In this document: one piece after another, positions 14,272 through 25,881 of the stretch
Layout of the letters: every line of letters begins with the position of its first letter
Position numbering within the stretch: the stretch's first letter is position 1
Origin: Nemertoderma westbladi
Lineage: Eukaryota; Animalia; Xenacoelomorpha
DNA length: 64,000 bases
Assembly: GCA_032718475.1 (NCBI GenBank)
Contig: JAUCBJ010005407.1
Location: forward strand, 1 to 64,000
Reading direction: 5' to 3'
The notes under the pieces: generated by a model
The model's database searches: none
What the model was told of the DNA's origin: nothing
Seen by the model: only the letters and a program-made list of their open reading frames with translations
Position numbers and translations under genes: made by a program

Positions 14272-16583
14272 AACAGAAATGGGTACTTACTTTTAGACCT
14301 AATGGAAGAATGTGAATTGATACCAACAAACAACACATTCGAAAAGAGTAAGGGGAAGCTATGGACCTTTCAATACCCTAATGGAACCAAAGCACAACTG
14401 GATTACATCCTCATAAACAAAAAGTGGAGAAACAGCATGATCAACTGCGAGGCATACAGCTCGTTCAACCAAATTGGTTCGGACCACAGAATTGTGACTG
14501 CAGAGATCAGACTCAGTTTGAGAGCCAGCAAACCCAGGACAAGCAAGCAAATCAAATATGACTGGGAAAAACTCAGAACTGACATTGCTGTGAAGGATGC
14601 TTAAACAGTAGAAGTTCAAAACCGCTTTGAAGCACTTCAGTCAATGGATGAAGACCAATCCACCGATTCAATATACCAGAATATAATAACAGCCCACAAG
14701 GAATCAGCTAAGAGGCATATCCCCCAGAAACCCAAGCGAAAACAATATGTGCCATGGCAAAACTCTGAGGTTACCTGTAAGAGAGAAGATCTTAAGATAG
14801 CCTACAAACTTAAAACCGAACAACCAACAACCGAAAACATTAACAAGGTTGAGAAAGCTAAGGATGATCTTAAATTGGCCTACAACATCAGCCAGGAAAA
14901 GTACATACAGGATAAAATTGAAGCAATTACGACTGCTCACATACAGCAACAATCAAGACTTACCTGGCAAACTGTAAATGAGGTATCTGGTCGGAAAAGT
15001 TGTGCAAAGGGGCGCCTCAAAGCCGATAGTCCTGAAGAACGTGTTGGGAAGTGGAAAAATCACTTCAGCAACTTGCTTGGGCAGCCACCAAACATCGAGG
15101 TCAGCCCTACAAGGAAAATATATGACAAGACACTACCAATAGAAACAGGGGACTTCACACCTGCCGAACTCCAAAGAAGCATTAAAAGCATGTCCAATAA
15201 TAAAGCGAGTGGATTAGATGAAATCCCAGCGGAGGTATGGAAAACAGGAGTGCTAAACAGACCATTATTGAATGCTTGCAACCGGATGTTAAAAGGGGAA
15301 AAGCCACCACCAATTTGGACTAAAGGTCAACTAAAGCCTCTCCCCAAGAAAGGAGACCTCGGTATACAAACAAACTATCGTGGGATCTGTCTGCTTGTGG
15401 TAGCTGCGGTAGTGTGAGATTTCGACCAAGTAGATCAACAATAGCTCAGATACTTGCACTATGGAGACTGATTGAAGGAATTAAGTCGAAGAATCTCGCC
15501 GCAGTCATGACTTTTGTGGACTTCAAGAAGGCATTCGACTCCATCCATAGAGGCAAAATGCTTGAAATCCTAAGAGCTTATGGAATACCAAAAGTAATTG
15601 TTGCTGGCATTGGATTGTTATATTGTGACACAGAAGCGCAGGTACTCTCACCAGATGGTGAAACTGAGTTTTTTTCAAACCTGGCTGGGGTACTGCAAGG
15701 TGACACATCAGCACCATTACTATTTGTAATTGTGCTGGATTACGAAATGAGGACAGCCAAAAAGGGTGAAGACCTGGGATTCACACTTCAAGAACGCAGA
15801 AGTAGTAGATATCCGGCAACTACAGTCACAGACACCGACTTTGCAGATGACATCGCCCTGCTCTCTAATACCCTAGCAGATGCACAGCTTCTACTAAATA
15901 AAGTGGAGAGGGTTGCAAAGGAGGTTGGATTGCATATAAATGCTACCAAGACCGAATTCATGACCTTTAATGTTGATGGAAACTTGACAACCATTGACAA
16001 TAATCAACTAAGGAAGATTGACGACTTCCAGTACCTTGGATCATGGATAGAGAGTAGCAAAAAGGACATAGAAGTTAGGAAAGCAAAGGCTTGGGTAGCT
16101 CTATCAAAAATGGATACCATCTGGAAATCTGATCTATCCAGGCACCTGAAGACTAAGTTCTTTCGAGCCACAGTGGAAAGTGTATTTTTATACAGGGGTG
16201 AGACCTGGACACTGACTAAATCACTTGAACAACGAATTGATGGTTGCTACACAAGACTACTAAGGGCAGCCCTAAACATCAGCTGGTGACAACACATGAC
16301 AAACGCCGAGCTTTATGGTACAATACCACCTGTATCAACCACCCTCTGTGAACGCAAATTAAGATTCAGTGGGCACTGCTGGCGAAGTAAAGACGAGGAC
16401 ATACCAGATCTACTTCTCTGGCAACCAACTCATGGAAAGCGTAGTCGTGGACGACCGGCCATAACATATATAGATCAACTTGAAAGGGATACTGAACTTG
16501 GGAGAAACGAAATTGCGACAACTATGGAGAATCGGGAATCCTGGAAGGATCTCATTTCCACTGTCCGAGTTCGCTCGACCTAG
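14272..16583 (+). pseudogene. Disrupted ORF2 (APE endonuclease C-terminus plus reverse transcriptase) of the RTE LINE
   Basis: Endonuclease motifs are NRNG..L, QLDYIL and SDHRIV. RT motifs are KASGLDEIPAE, PLPKKGDL..NYRGI, FVDFKKAFDSI, GVLQGD, DFADDIALL and FQYLGS, with the RTE-type C-terminus RKLRFSGHCWR...RGRP. Lesions are an in-frame stop at 14602-14604, a frameshifting deletion at ~15410 (the segment between NYRGI-LL-AA and F-RP is missing) and an in-frame stop at 16287-16289. Confidence 0.92.
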
Positions 16584-16595
16584 TAGTAGTAGTAG
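14272..16595 (+). mobile_element. 5'-truncated RTE-clade non-LTR retrotransposon (LINE) with (TAG)n tail and 13-bp target-site duplication
   Basis: TATAGTAACATAT flanks the element at 14259-14271 and 16596-16608. The tail TAGTAGTAG starts at 16581. The element encodes an APE endonuclease C-terminus and an RT. Confidence 0.93.
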
Positions 16596-17041
16596 TATAG
16601 TAACATATGATACTCATTATACTCATCCACCACATTAAGCGAGTAGACCTCATGCGCCGAGTGACTCATCGTTCTCACTGGCATAAGTCACCCAGTTTAT
16701 AACGAATGGGTGTCAAAAACTGTGCAGGTAACAGAATGCTGGAAAGGAATTCCCGTTATCCCCGATTGCAACGGTCTTTGGCTATGATCCACGAGTTCCA
16801 CTTTGGGACATTGGTGAAGTGTTGGAAGGGTTTGAAGACTTCAATAACGCCAAGCTAGCTGACGAAGTAGCCTGAACCCGTCTCGTACAGATTCAGACCG
16901 TATGGTAGTCAATAATTATCAGCAGGTCAAGGAGGGTCAAGGCACAAATTCAGCACCAATCCGAATCCGGATAAGTCAAAGTCCAAGTGTATTCCATTCG
17001 GGCGGGATTGGGATGAACGTATGGCTTCGATTTTGTTAAAC

Positions 17042-17990
17042 GGAATGCACTCCACCTAAGTAATCTCCTCTCCCTTGGGTTACGGAAGCGCTCCACCTAG
17101 GTAATCTCCTCTCCCTTGGGTTACAGAAGCACTCCACCTAGGTAATATCCTCTCCCTTGGGTTATGGAAGCACTCCACCTAGGTAATCACCTCTTCCTTG
17201 GGTTACGGAAGCGCTCCACCTAGGTAATCTCCTCTCCCTTGGGTTACGGAAGCACTCCACCTAGGTAATCTCCTCTCCCTTGGGTTACGGAAGCACTCCA
17301 CCTAGGTAATCACCTCTTCCTTGGGTTACGGAAGCGCTCCACCTAGGTAATCTCCTCTCCCTTGGGTTACGGAAGCACTCCACCTAGGTAATCTCCTCTC
17401 CCTTAGGTTACGGAAGCACTCCACCTAGGTAATCTCCTCTCCCTTGGGTTACGGAAGCACTCCACCTAGGTAATCACCTCTTCCTTGGGTTACGGAAGCA
17501 CTCCACCTAGGTAATCTCCTCTCCCTTGGGTTACGGAAGCACTCCACCTTGGTAATCTCCTCTCCCTTGGGTTACGGAAGCACTCCACCTAGGTACGGAA
17601 GCACTCCACCTAGGTAATCACCTCTTCCTTGGGTTACGGAAGCACTCCACCTAGGTAATCTCCTCTCCCTTAGGTTACGGAAGCACTCCACCTAGGTAAT
17701 CACCTCTTCCTTGGGTTACGGAAGCACTCCACCTAGGTAATCTCCTCTTTCTTGGGTTACGGAAGCGCTCCACCTAGGTAATCACCTCTTCCTTGGGTTA
17801 CGGAAGCACTCCACCTAGGTAATCTCCTCTCCCTTGGGTTACGGAAGCACTCCACCTAGGTAATCACCTCTTCCTTGGGTTACGGAAGCACTCCACCAAG
17901 GTAATCTCCTCTTTCTTGGGTTACGGAAGCGCTCCACCTAGGTAATCTCCTCTTCCTTGGGTTACGGAAGTGCTCCAACTAGGTAATCTT
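17042..17990. repeat. 41-bp minisatellite, ~23 copies, consensus GGAAGCACTCCACCTAGGTAATCTCCTCTCCCTTGGGTTAC
   Basis: Unit read directly. Two interspersed variants (TCTCCTCTCCC and TCACCTCTTCC) and one truncated unit near 17590. Confidence 0.96.
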
Positions 17991-18556
17991 CTTGATTATA
18001 AAAACTGCATGGTGCCTGATATTGCTCATAAGAGGGGGAAGTTTATAGGTAAACTGAGTTCACTGCGACAGGAATTTTATTATGCTAACCCGTGTGATCT
18101 GTAATTTACAACGTATTTATTGTACCTCATTTTATGGCAGTAACCTTTGGAATCTTTTCTCCCCAGCCAGTGTCAGAATTTTTAGTACTTGGAATGTTAA
18201 CGTTGGAATCATTTTTGGCTTACCATGTAATGCTCATAGATACATTGTCGAAAAATTGGTAAATTTTAAGCACCAAGTATCATGATTAATAATAATCAGT
18301 TCATTACTTTTTGTTCATCACTGCGTAGTTCTAACAAATTGTGCATTCGATTTCTAGCAAACCTTTTCTTATCAGATTGTCAATCCCAAAGCGGTTGTAA
18401 TTTTTTACATAAATTGGGGAATTTGTGTAATATTGATGATCTAGATATTTGAACATCCCGTGCAGTTTCTAATCTCAGTTATGTCCCTCTATTAGACACA
18501 GACAAGTGGCGAGTCGATTTCTCTAAAGATATAATTTCTTGTTTGAATGATGATCG
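17991..18556 (+). mobile_element. Degraded LINE ORF2 C-terminal fragment, Proto2/RTEX-like
   Basis: Frameshifted translation reads DIAHKRGKFIGKLSSLRQEF...IYCTSFYGSNLWNL...TWNVNVGIIFGLPCNAHRYIVE...DKWRVDF. This resembles the post-RT region of RTE-group (Proto2/RTEX) elements. The clade call is from recalled motifs, not a database search. Confidence 0.65.
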
Positions 18557-19135
18557 CAAGATAGGTGGTTTTAATAGCCAAGAACTGAGACGGTAACCTG
18601 GTGTTCTGCACTATCGCCAAATTCCAATAGCGTGAAGCTGTACCAAGTTCATTAGGACGTTTAAGACTTTTCATTGCTTTTCTAGATTTTCTACAATTTT
18701 TCACAACCTTGTGATTGTGTTTTTCAGGGTATTTATAGTATAACGAAACAACTAAAAATACTGTATTTTTCTGTATATTTTGGATTGTTTTGATTATTGT
18801 GAGGCTATACTTTGGATACTAACGGACCCAAAGTACTCCTCACCCGGTTTCTCCTTTTTCCTCATCCCAGAGGTTTTTCTATGTTGTTACAGTACACTAT
18901 TTTTATATGTCAGAAGGAAGCAATATACAGTACTATTTGGGAAGAACAGAAAATCACTGTGTTTTTGCACTATATTGAAAGGTTGTGGATGTCCGTAAAT
19001 AACAAGTCATTGAAGGACCGTGTTCTAGTGGGAAATATTTATATCAGCCAGGAACCAAAACAATATGGGAAAATATAGCACCCCTTGGAACTTTTAGAGA
19101 TACAAAGCCGTTTTAGGAGCTTATCGTGCCAAGAG

Positions 19136-19222
19136 TGTTGACAATTTTGTTGACAAGCCGGCACAGCATTCTTAAAAATGCAGCTGCAATGCAGCATGCC
19201 GATCCTAGTAGTAGTAGTAGTA
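19136..19222 (+). mobile_element. 87-bp extremely 5'-truncated retroposon with (TAG)n tail and 10-bp TSD
   Basis: GTGCCAAGAG occurs at 19126-19135 and 19223-19232. A (TAG)n run from 19206 sits immediately before the second copy. Confidence 0.75.
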
Positions 19223-20407
19223 GTGCCAAGAGGAACGAGAAATCCATTACAATTGTATAGGACAGGTATACCGTTGGCATATTTCCAATTGGGGTGTCGT
19301 TTCAGCCTACGGAAGTATTTCTGGGCTTCTAATTGGCTGTTTCTTCAATAAGCTCACCTCATTGGCTAACACTCTCCCATAGCCAAAAGGTGTGTCGGTT
19401 CAGCCCAATTGCCAGAAGGGGTGTCGCTTGGGGGAAATCACTTTTATTACTTGTAAATTTTACTTAGGCCTGCCTACTCCTTCCGTATTAAACAAGTAAA
19501 TCACAATTATATTGTCATATTAAAAAATGTCTGGTGTTATTTGTTACCGCACCATTTGTATTGGGTTTAGTTAATTAATAAATACAACTGCCATATATAA
19601 TTATATTATATATTAATTCACAATAATTGCGCGATCAAAATATGGGATTTCAACCACCGATACCAGTTGAAATGTCTAAACATTAAACAACCTCGATTTA
19701 TTACAGTACCGGTACAGTAGTTGTCAGTCGGTTCAAAACCTTGGAAATACAAAAACAATTAACATTATTCGTTTACAAAAGATTGCAAATAATTTTTTAA
19801 TGTTACTTTCTAAACGTTACTAAGTGTTCTAAATGTTACTGATTGGTACATACAGTAGTCAACTTGCTTATTCAGTTATTTGGCCTATACATACAGTATG
19901 TCAATGTCAGTGAGTGCGAAAGGCAGAAAGGGTCTACCTACAGTACCCAACAACTGACCACGCATTGAAGCCCACAATCCGCTTACCCTACAGCCCTAGA
20001 CCTACCTATTTTTACCTGTTTCCATAGTACTTTACCTGTTACCATAGTACTGACCACTGACCTATTACTGTATTACCAATTATTGACCGAGAGAAAGCCG
20101 CCCCAAGATTAGATTATAACAACAACATTTCCATTGGGTAAGAAAGTGGAGAAGAGCCAGGCCCGACTCTCAATTTTTTAGTTTATATTACGCGATCAAC
20201 TTTCACTCATCTCGTCATGAACACAACATGTATGTAAACTTTTGATAAATTTGTTGGCTATGCGTTTGCGGCTGTTTGGGCGGGGTGTGGTAGGCCTACA
20301 CTTTTCACACTGAAACATTTTGGTTGTGAAATGTTCAGGGCACAGCGATCAGAGATATTTCATATATATTTTATTATGAGAGGAAGAAGAACATACAACG
20401 TTATTTA

Positions 20408-21680
20408 CGAGAAAGGCATTTCCTAAAGGAAATGCAACCACGAAGCTAAGGAAAATTAAACAAACGGCCACACTTTGGTTCGTTGCTTGCTTAGCCTCGT
20501 TTAGTAGCAATTGTCAATAATTAACTTCTATTCCCATGGAAACTAGAGTTCGCTGGAACTGTTGCTTTAACCTTTGAAAAAAAATTCAGTACAGATTGTG
20601 GTTCAGATAACACATGTACTGAGTTTTAGAAAATATTGTAGTTTATGTCCAAATTACCGATTTTCTATCAAAATGCATCTGTTTGTAGTGGTTGTCATGG
20701 AAACTGAAAAATAGAACAATGTAATTCGGATGCAGAATAAGTCATATAGTGGGGGTAGGTGTTGGTCCCAAGTCATAATACTATTAACTTGTGCTTCAAA
20801 TTATCATTTTATAAATTTTAATATCTGTTTAGTCTTGTTGCTATGGTGACTGGAATTTCTAATTAACCTCGAACGGCTTGGATATGAACCTTATAGTTGA
20901 GTTGAGAAACCCCAAGTTTATATCTATTGCGGTTTTTCTACAAATAGAGTTATGAATATAGACTTGAATGATATAATCTGTAATAAACTCCAGTTACCAC
21001 GGTAACTAGATATTTCTGGAATGTTTTGAGTTTCACTAAAAGTTCCAACTAGTGGTCCAGATAACACATACCCAGTTTTGTAAAATTTTATCGTGAAGTC
21101 TATGTCCAAATGAATAAGTTTTGAATAAAAACATCTGTTTTCAGCGGTTGTCATGGTAACTGAAAAATAGAACAATGTAATTCGGATGCAGAATAAGTTA
21201 TATAGTGGGGGTAGGGGTTGGTCCCAAGTCATAACACCTTGCCCTTAGGCTTCAAATTAACATTTTATAAATTTTAACATCTGTTTATCCCGGTTGCCAA
21301 GGTAACTGGATTTTCTATTTAGCCTCAATCGGATCTGCTATGGACCTTATAGTTGTGTTGCGAAACCCCAAGTTTATATCTATTATAGTTTTCCTACAAA
21401 TAGAGTTATAAATATTGACTTGAAATACATAGACTTTTTTTGAAGTCCGTTGCCATGGAAACCAGATTTTTCCTGGATATGAGACCCGGCCCAAAAGATG
21501 CGCCTCGTCGAGTAGTATATACATGCAAAATTTCAGGGTACTTTTAAAGGCTAGTTTTTTCGCCTATCAAAAAACCCCAAATCTGCCTCACACAAGTAAA
21601 ATAGCCCACTATGAATAGACCATCTCAGCTAAGGAAAATCTTTCTTAGCGAAAGTAGTTGATTTTCCTTAGCTTCGTGGA
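20408..21680 (-). mobile_element. Non-autonomous Helitron/Helentron-like element, copy A (full length, ~1.27 kb)
   Basis: On the minus strand it begins TCCACGAAGCTAAGGAAAATC and ends ATTTTCCTTAGCTTCGTGG-TTGCATTTCCTTTAGGAAATGCC-TTTCTCG|T. It has a 19-bp asymmetric inverted repeat, a 3' hairpin and no TSD. Confidence 0.8.
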
Positions 21681-21690
21681 CTATATTATA

Positions 21691-22018
21691 CTAGAAAGGC
21701 ATTTCCTAAAGGAAATGCAACCACGAAGCTAAGGAAAACTAAACAAACGGCCACACTTTGGTTCTTTGCTTAGCCTAGTCTAGTAGCATTTGCCAATAAT
21801 TAGCTTCTATTTCCATGGAAACTAGAGTTCTCTGGAACTGTTGGTTCATCCTTTGAAAAAAGATTCAGTCCAGATTGTGGTTCAGATAACACATATACCG
21901 AGTTTCAGAAAATATTGTACTTTATGTCCAAAATACTGATTTTCTATCAAAATGCATCTGTTTGCAGTGGTTGTCAAGGAAACTGAAAAATAGAACAATG
22001 TAATTCGGATGCAGAATA
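21691..22018 (-). mobile_element. Same family, copy B (3'-end fragment, interrupted by copy C)
   Basis: CTAG|T terminus with hairpin at 21691. Homology to copy A breaks off at GCAGAATA, where the next terminus starts. Confidence 0.75.
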
Positions 22019-23293
22019 CGAGAAAGGCATTTCCTAAAGGAAATGCAACCACGAAGCTAAGGAAAATTAAACAAACGGCCACACTTTGGTTCGTTGCTTA
22101 GCCTCGTTTAGTCGCAATTCTCAATAATTAACTTCTATTCCCATGGAAACTAGAGTTCTCTGGAACTGTTGCTTTAACCTTTGAAAAAAAATTCAGTACA
22201 GATTGTGGTTCAGATAACACATATACTGAGTTTCAGAAAATATTGTAGTTTATGTCCAAATTACCGATTTTCTATCAAAATGCATCTGTTTGCAGTGGTT
22301 GTCATGGAAACTGAAAAATAGAACAATGTAATTCGGATGCAGAATAAGTCATATAGTGGGGGTAGGTGTTGGTCCCAAGTCATAATACTATTAACTTGTG
22401 CTTCAAATTATCATTTTATAAATTTTTACATCTGTTTAGCCTGGTTGCCATGGTACTGTATCAGGATTTTTTAATTTACCTCAATCTGCTCGGCTATGGC
22501 CCTTATAGTTGAGTTGAGAAACTCCAAGTTTATATATATTGCGGTTTTTCTACAAATAGAGTTATGAATATAGACTGGAATGATATAGACTTTATTAATA
22601 CTACAGTTACCAAGGTAACTATATATTTCTGGAATGATTTGAGTTTCACTAAAAGTTCCAACTAGTGGTCCAGATAACACATTCCCAGTTTCGTAAAATT
22701 TTATCGCGAAGTCTATATCCAAATGAGTAATTTTTGTATAAAAACATCTGTTTTCAGCGGTTGTCATGGTAACTGCAAAATTAAACAATGAAATTCGGAC
22801 GCAGAATAAGTCATATAGTGGGGGTAGGGGTTGGTCCCAAGACATAACACCTTAACCTTAGGCTTCAAATTAACATTTTATAAATTTTAACATCTGTTTA
22901 GCCCGGTTGCCAAGGTAACTGGATTTTCTATTCAACCTCAATCGGCTCTGCTATGGACCTTATAGTTGAGTTGAGAAACCCCAAGTTTATATCTATTATA
23001 GTTTTCCTAGAAATAGAGTTATAAATATTGACTTGAAATACATAGACTTTTTTCTAAGTCCGTTGCCATGGAAACCAGATTTTTCCTGGATATGAGACCC
23101 AGCCCACACGACGCGCCTCGATGAGTAGTATATACATGCAAAATTTCAGGGTACTTTTAAAGGCTAGTTTTATCACCGGTCAAAAAACTCTAAATCTGCT
23201 CCATACAAGTAAAATAGCCCACTATGAATAGACCATCTCAGCTAAGGAAAATCTTTCTTAGCGAAAGTAGTTGATTTTCCTTAGCTTCGTGGA
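22019..23293 (-). mobile_element. Same family, copy C (full length)
   Basis: Both termini present (CGAGAAAGGCATTTCC at 22019 and CTTCGTGGA at 23293). Confidence 0.8.
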
Positions 23294-23314
23294 ATTTGGA
23301 CATAAACTAGAATA

Positions 23315-24581
23315 CTAGAAAGGCATTTCCTAAAGGAAATGCAACCACGAAGCTAAGGAAAATTAAACAAACGGCCACAATTTGGTTCGTTGCTTAGCCT
23401 AGTTTAGTAGCATTTGCCAATAAATAACTTCTATTCCCATGGAAACTAGAGTTCTCTGGAACTGTTGGTTTTACCTTTGAAAAAAGATTCAGTCCAGATT
23501 GTTTTTCAGATAACACATCAAGTTTCAGAAAATATTGTAGTTTATGTCCAAATTACAGATTTTCTATCAAAATGCATCTGTTTGCAGTGGTTGTCATGGA
23601 AACTGAAAAATAGAACAATGTAATTCGGATGCAGAATAAGTCATATAGTGGGGGTAGGTGTTGGTCCCAAGTCATAATACTATTAAATTGTGCTTCAAAT
23701 TATCATTTTATTAATTTTAACATCTGTTTACTCTTGTTGCTATGGTAAATGGATTTTCTAATTAACTTCGAACGGCTTGTATATGGACCTTATAGATGAG
23801 TTGCAAAACCCCAAGTTTATATATATTACAGTTTTTCTCCAAATAGAGTTATGATTATAGACTTGAATGATATATAACTTTAAAAAAACTACAGTTACCA
23901 TGGTAACTAGATATTTCTGGAATGTTTTGAGTTTCACTAAAAGTTCCAACTAGTGGTCCAGATAACACATACCTAGTTTCGTAAAATTTTATCGTGAAGT
24001 CTATGTACAAATGAATAATTTTCGTATAAAAACATCTGTTTTCAGCGGTTGTCAAGGTAACTGCAAAATAGAACAATCAAATTCGGACGCAGAATAAGTT
24101 ATATAGTGGGGGTAGGGATTGGTCCCAAGTCATCACACCTTAACCTTAGGCTTCAAATTAACATTTTAAAAATTTTAACATCTGTTTAGCCCGGTTGCCA
24201 AGGTAACTGGATTTTCTATTGAACCTCAATCGGCTCTGCTATGGACCTTATAGTTGAGTTGAGAAACCCCAAGTTTATATGTATTATAGTTTTCCTACAA
24301 ATAGAGTTACAAATATTGACTTGAAATACATAGACTTTTTTCTAAGTCCGTTGCCATGGAAACCAGATTTTTCCTGGATATGAGACCCATCCCACACGAC
24401 GCGCCTTGATGAGTTGTATATACATGCAAAATTTCAGGGTACTTTTAAAGGCTAGTTTTTTCCCCGACCAAAAAACCCCAAATCTGCCCCATACAAGTAA
24501 AATAGCCCACTATGAATAGACCATCTCAGCTAAGGAAAATCTTTCTTAGCGAAAGTAGTTGATTTTCCTTAGCTTCGTGGA
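23315..24581 (-). mobile_element. Same family, copy D (full length, inserted at an A|T dinucleotide)
   Basis: Both termini present. The flanks ...CATAAACTAGAATA | TTTTTTGAAACTCGGTATATGTG... rejoin into a contiguous, oppositely oriented piece of the element's own interior, with no TSD. Confidence 0.82.
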
Positions 24582-24628
24582 TTTTTTGAAACTCGGTATA
24601 TGTGTTATCTGAACCATAAACTAGAATA

Positions 24629-25881
24629 CTAGAAAGGCATTTCCTAAAGGAAATGCAACCACGAAGCTAAGGAAAATTAGACACTCTTTGACTCATCAGT
24701 TCATTGATTTACCGAGTTAAAAGAACTCCCGGTATTGCCAAGGTAACTGGACTTTTCTAGAAATGCTGAGTTTTACATTAAGATCTAGTTTGTGGTTCCA
24801 GGTGACACATCGACTTCAAGGAAGCTTCATTGAGTAGTTTATGTGCAAAATTAATTATTAATTTGTTAAAAAGTCTGTTTGCAGTGGTTGTCAAGGTAAC
24901 TGGCAAATAGAACAACGTAGATTGGATGCAGAATAAGTGATATTATGGTGGTAGGGGTTGGTCCCAAGTCATAATGCCTTTAACTTGTGTTTCTAATTAT
25001 AATTTTTTAAATTATAACATCTGTTTAGCCTGGTTACCAAGGTAACTGGATTTTCTAATTAACCACAATTGGCTCCTCTAAGGACCTTCCTTATAGTTGA
25101 GTTGGGAAACCCAATATTTATATCTAATACAGTTTTCCTACAAACAAGAGTTAAAAATATAGACTTGAATGATATTGACTTTAATAAGCTCCAGTTACCA
25201 TGGTAACTAGATATTTCTGGAATGTTTTGAGTTTCACTAAAAGTTCCAACTAGTGGTCCAGATAACACATACCCAGTTTTGTAAAATTTTATCGTGAAGT
25301 CTATGTCCAAATGAATAATTGTTGTATAAAAACATCTGTTTTCAGCGGTTGTCATGGTAACTGCAAAATAGAACAATCAAATTCGGACGCAGAATAAGTT
25401 ATATAGTGGGGGTAGGGATTGGTCCCAAGTCATCACACCTTAACCTTAGGCTTCAAATTAACATTTTAAAAATTTTAACATCTGTTTAGCCCGGTTGCCA
25501 AGGTAACTGGATTTTCTATTTAACCTCAATTGGCTCTGTTATGGACCTTATAGTTGTGTTGGGAAACCCCAAGTTTATATGTATTATAGTTTTCCTACAA
25601 ATAGAGTTACAAATATTGACTTGAAATACATAGACTTTTTTCTAAGTCCGTTGCCATGGAAACCAGATTTTTCCTGGATATGAGACCCATCCCACACGAC
25701 GCGCCTTGATGAGTTGTATATACATGCAAAATTTCAGGGTACTTTTAAAGGCTAGTTTTTTCACCTATCAAAAAACACTAAATCTGCTCCATACAAGTAA
25801 AACAGCCCACTATGAATAGACCATCTCAGCTAAGGAAAATCTTTCTTAGCGAAAGTAGTTGATTTTCCTTAACTTCGTGGA
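24629..25881 (-). mobile_element. Same family, copy E (second subfamily with divergent 3' interior)
   Basis: Same termini. The segment next to the 3' end (GACACTCTTTGACTCATCAGTTCATTG) differs from A/C/D and matches copy I. Confidence 0.78.

Noticed and set aside
19280-19440. Promoter (several CCAAT/ATTGG boxes and GGTGTCG motifs)
   Set aside because: There is no associated gene or TSS evidence. Such motifs are common in transposon subterminal regions.
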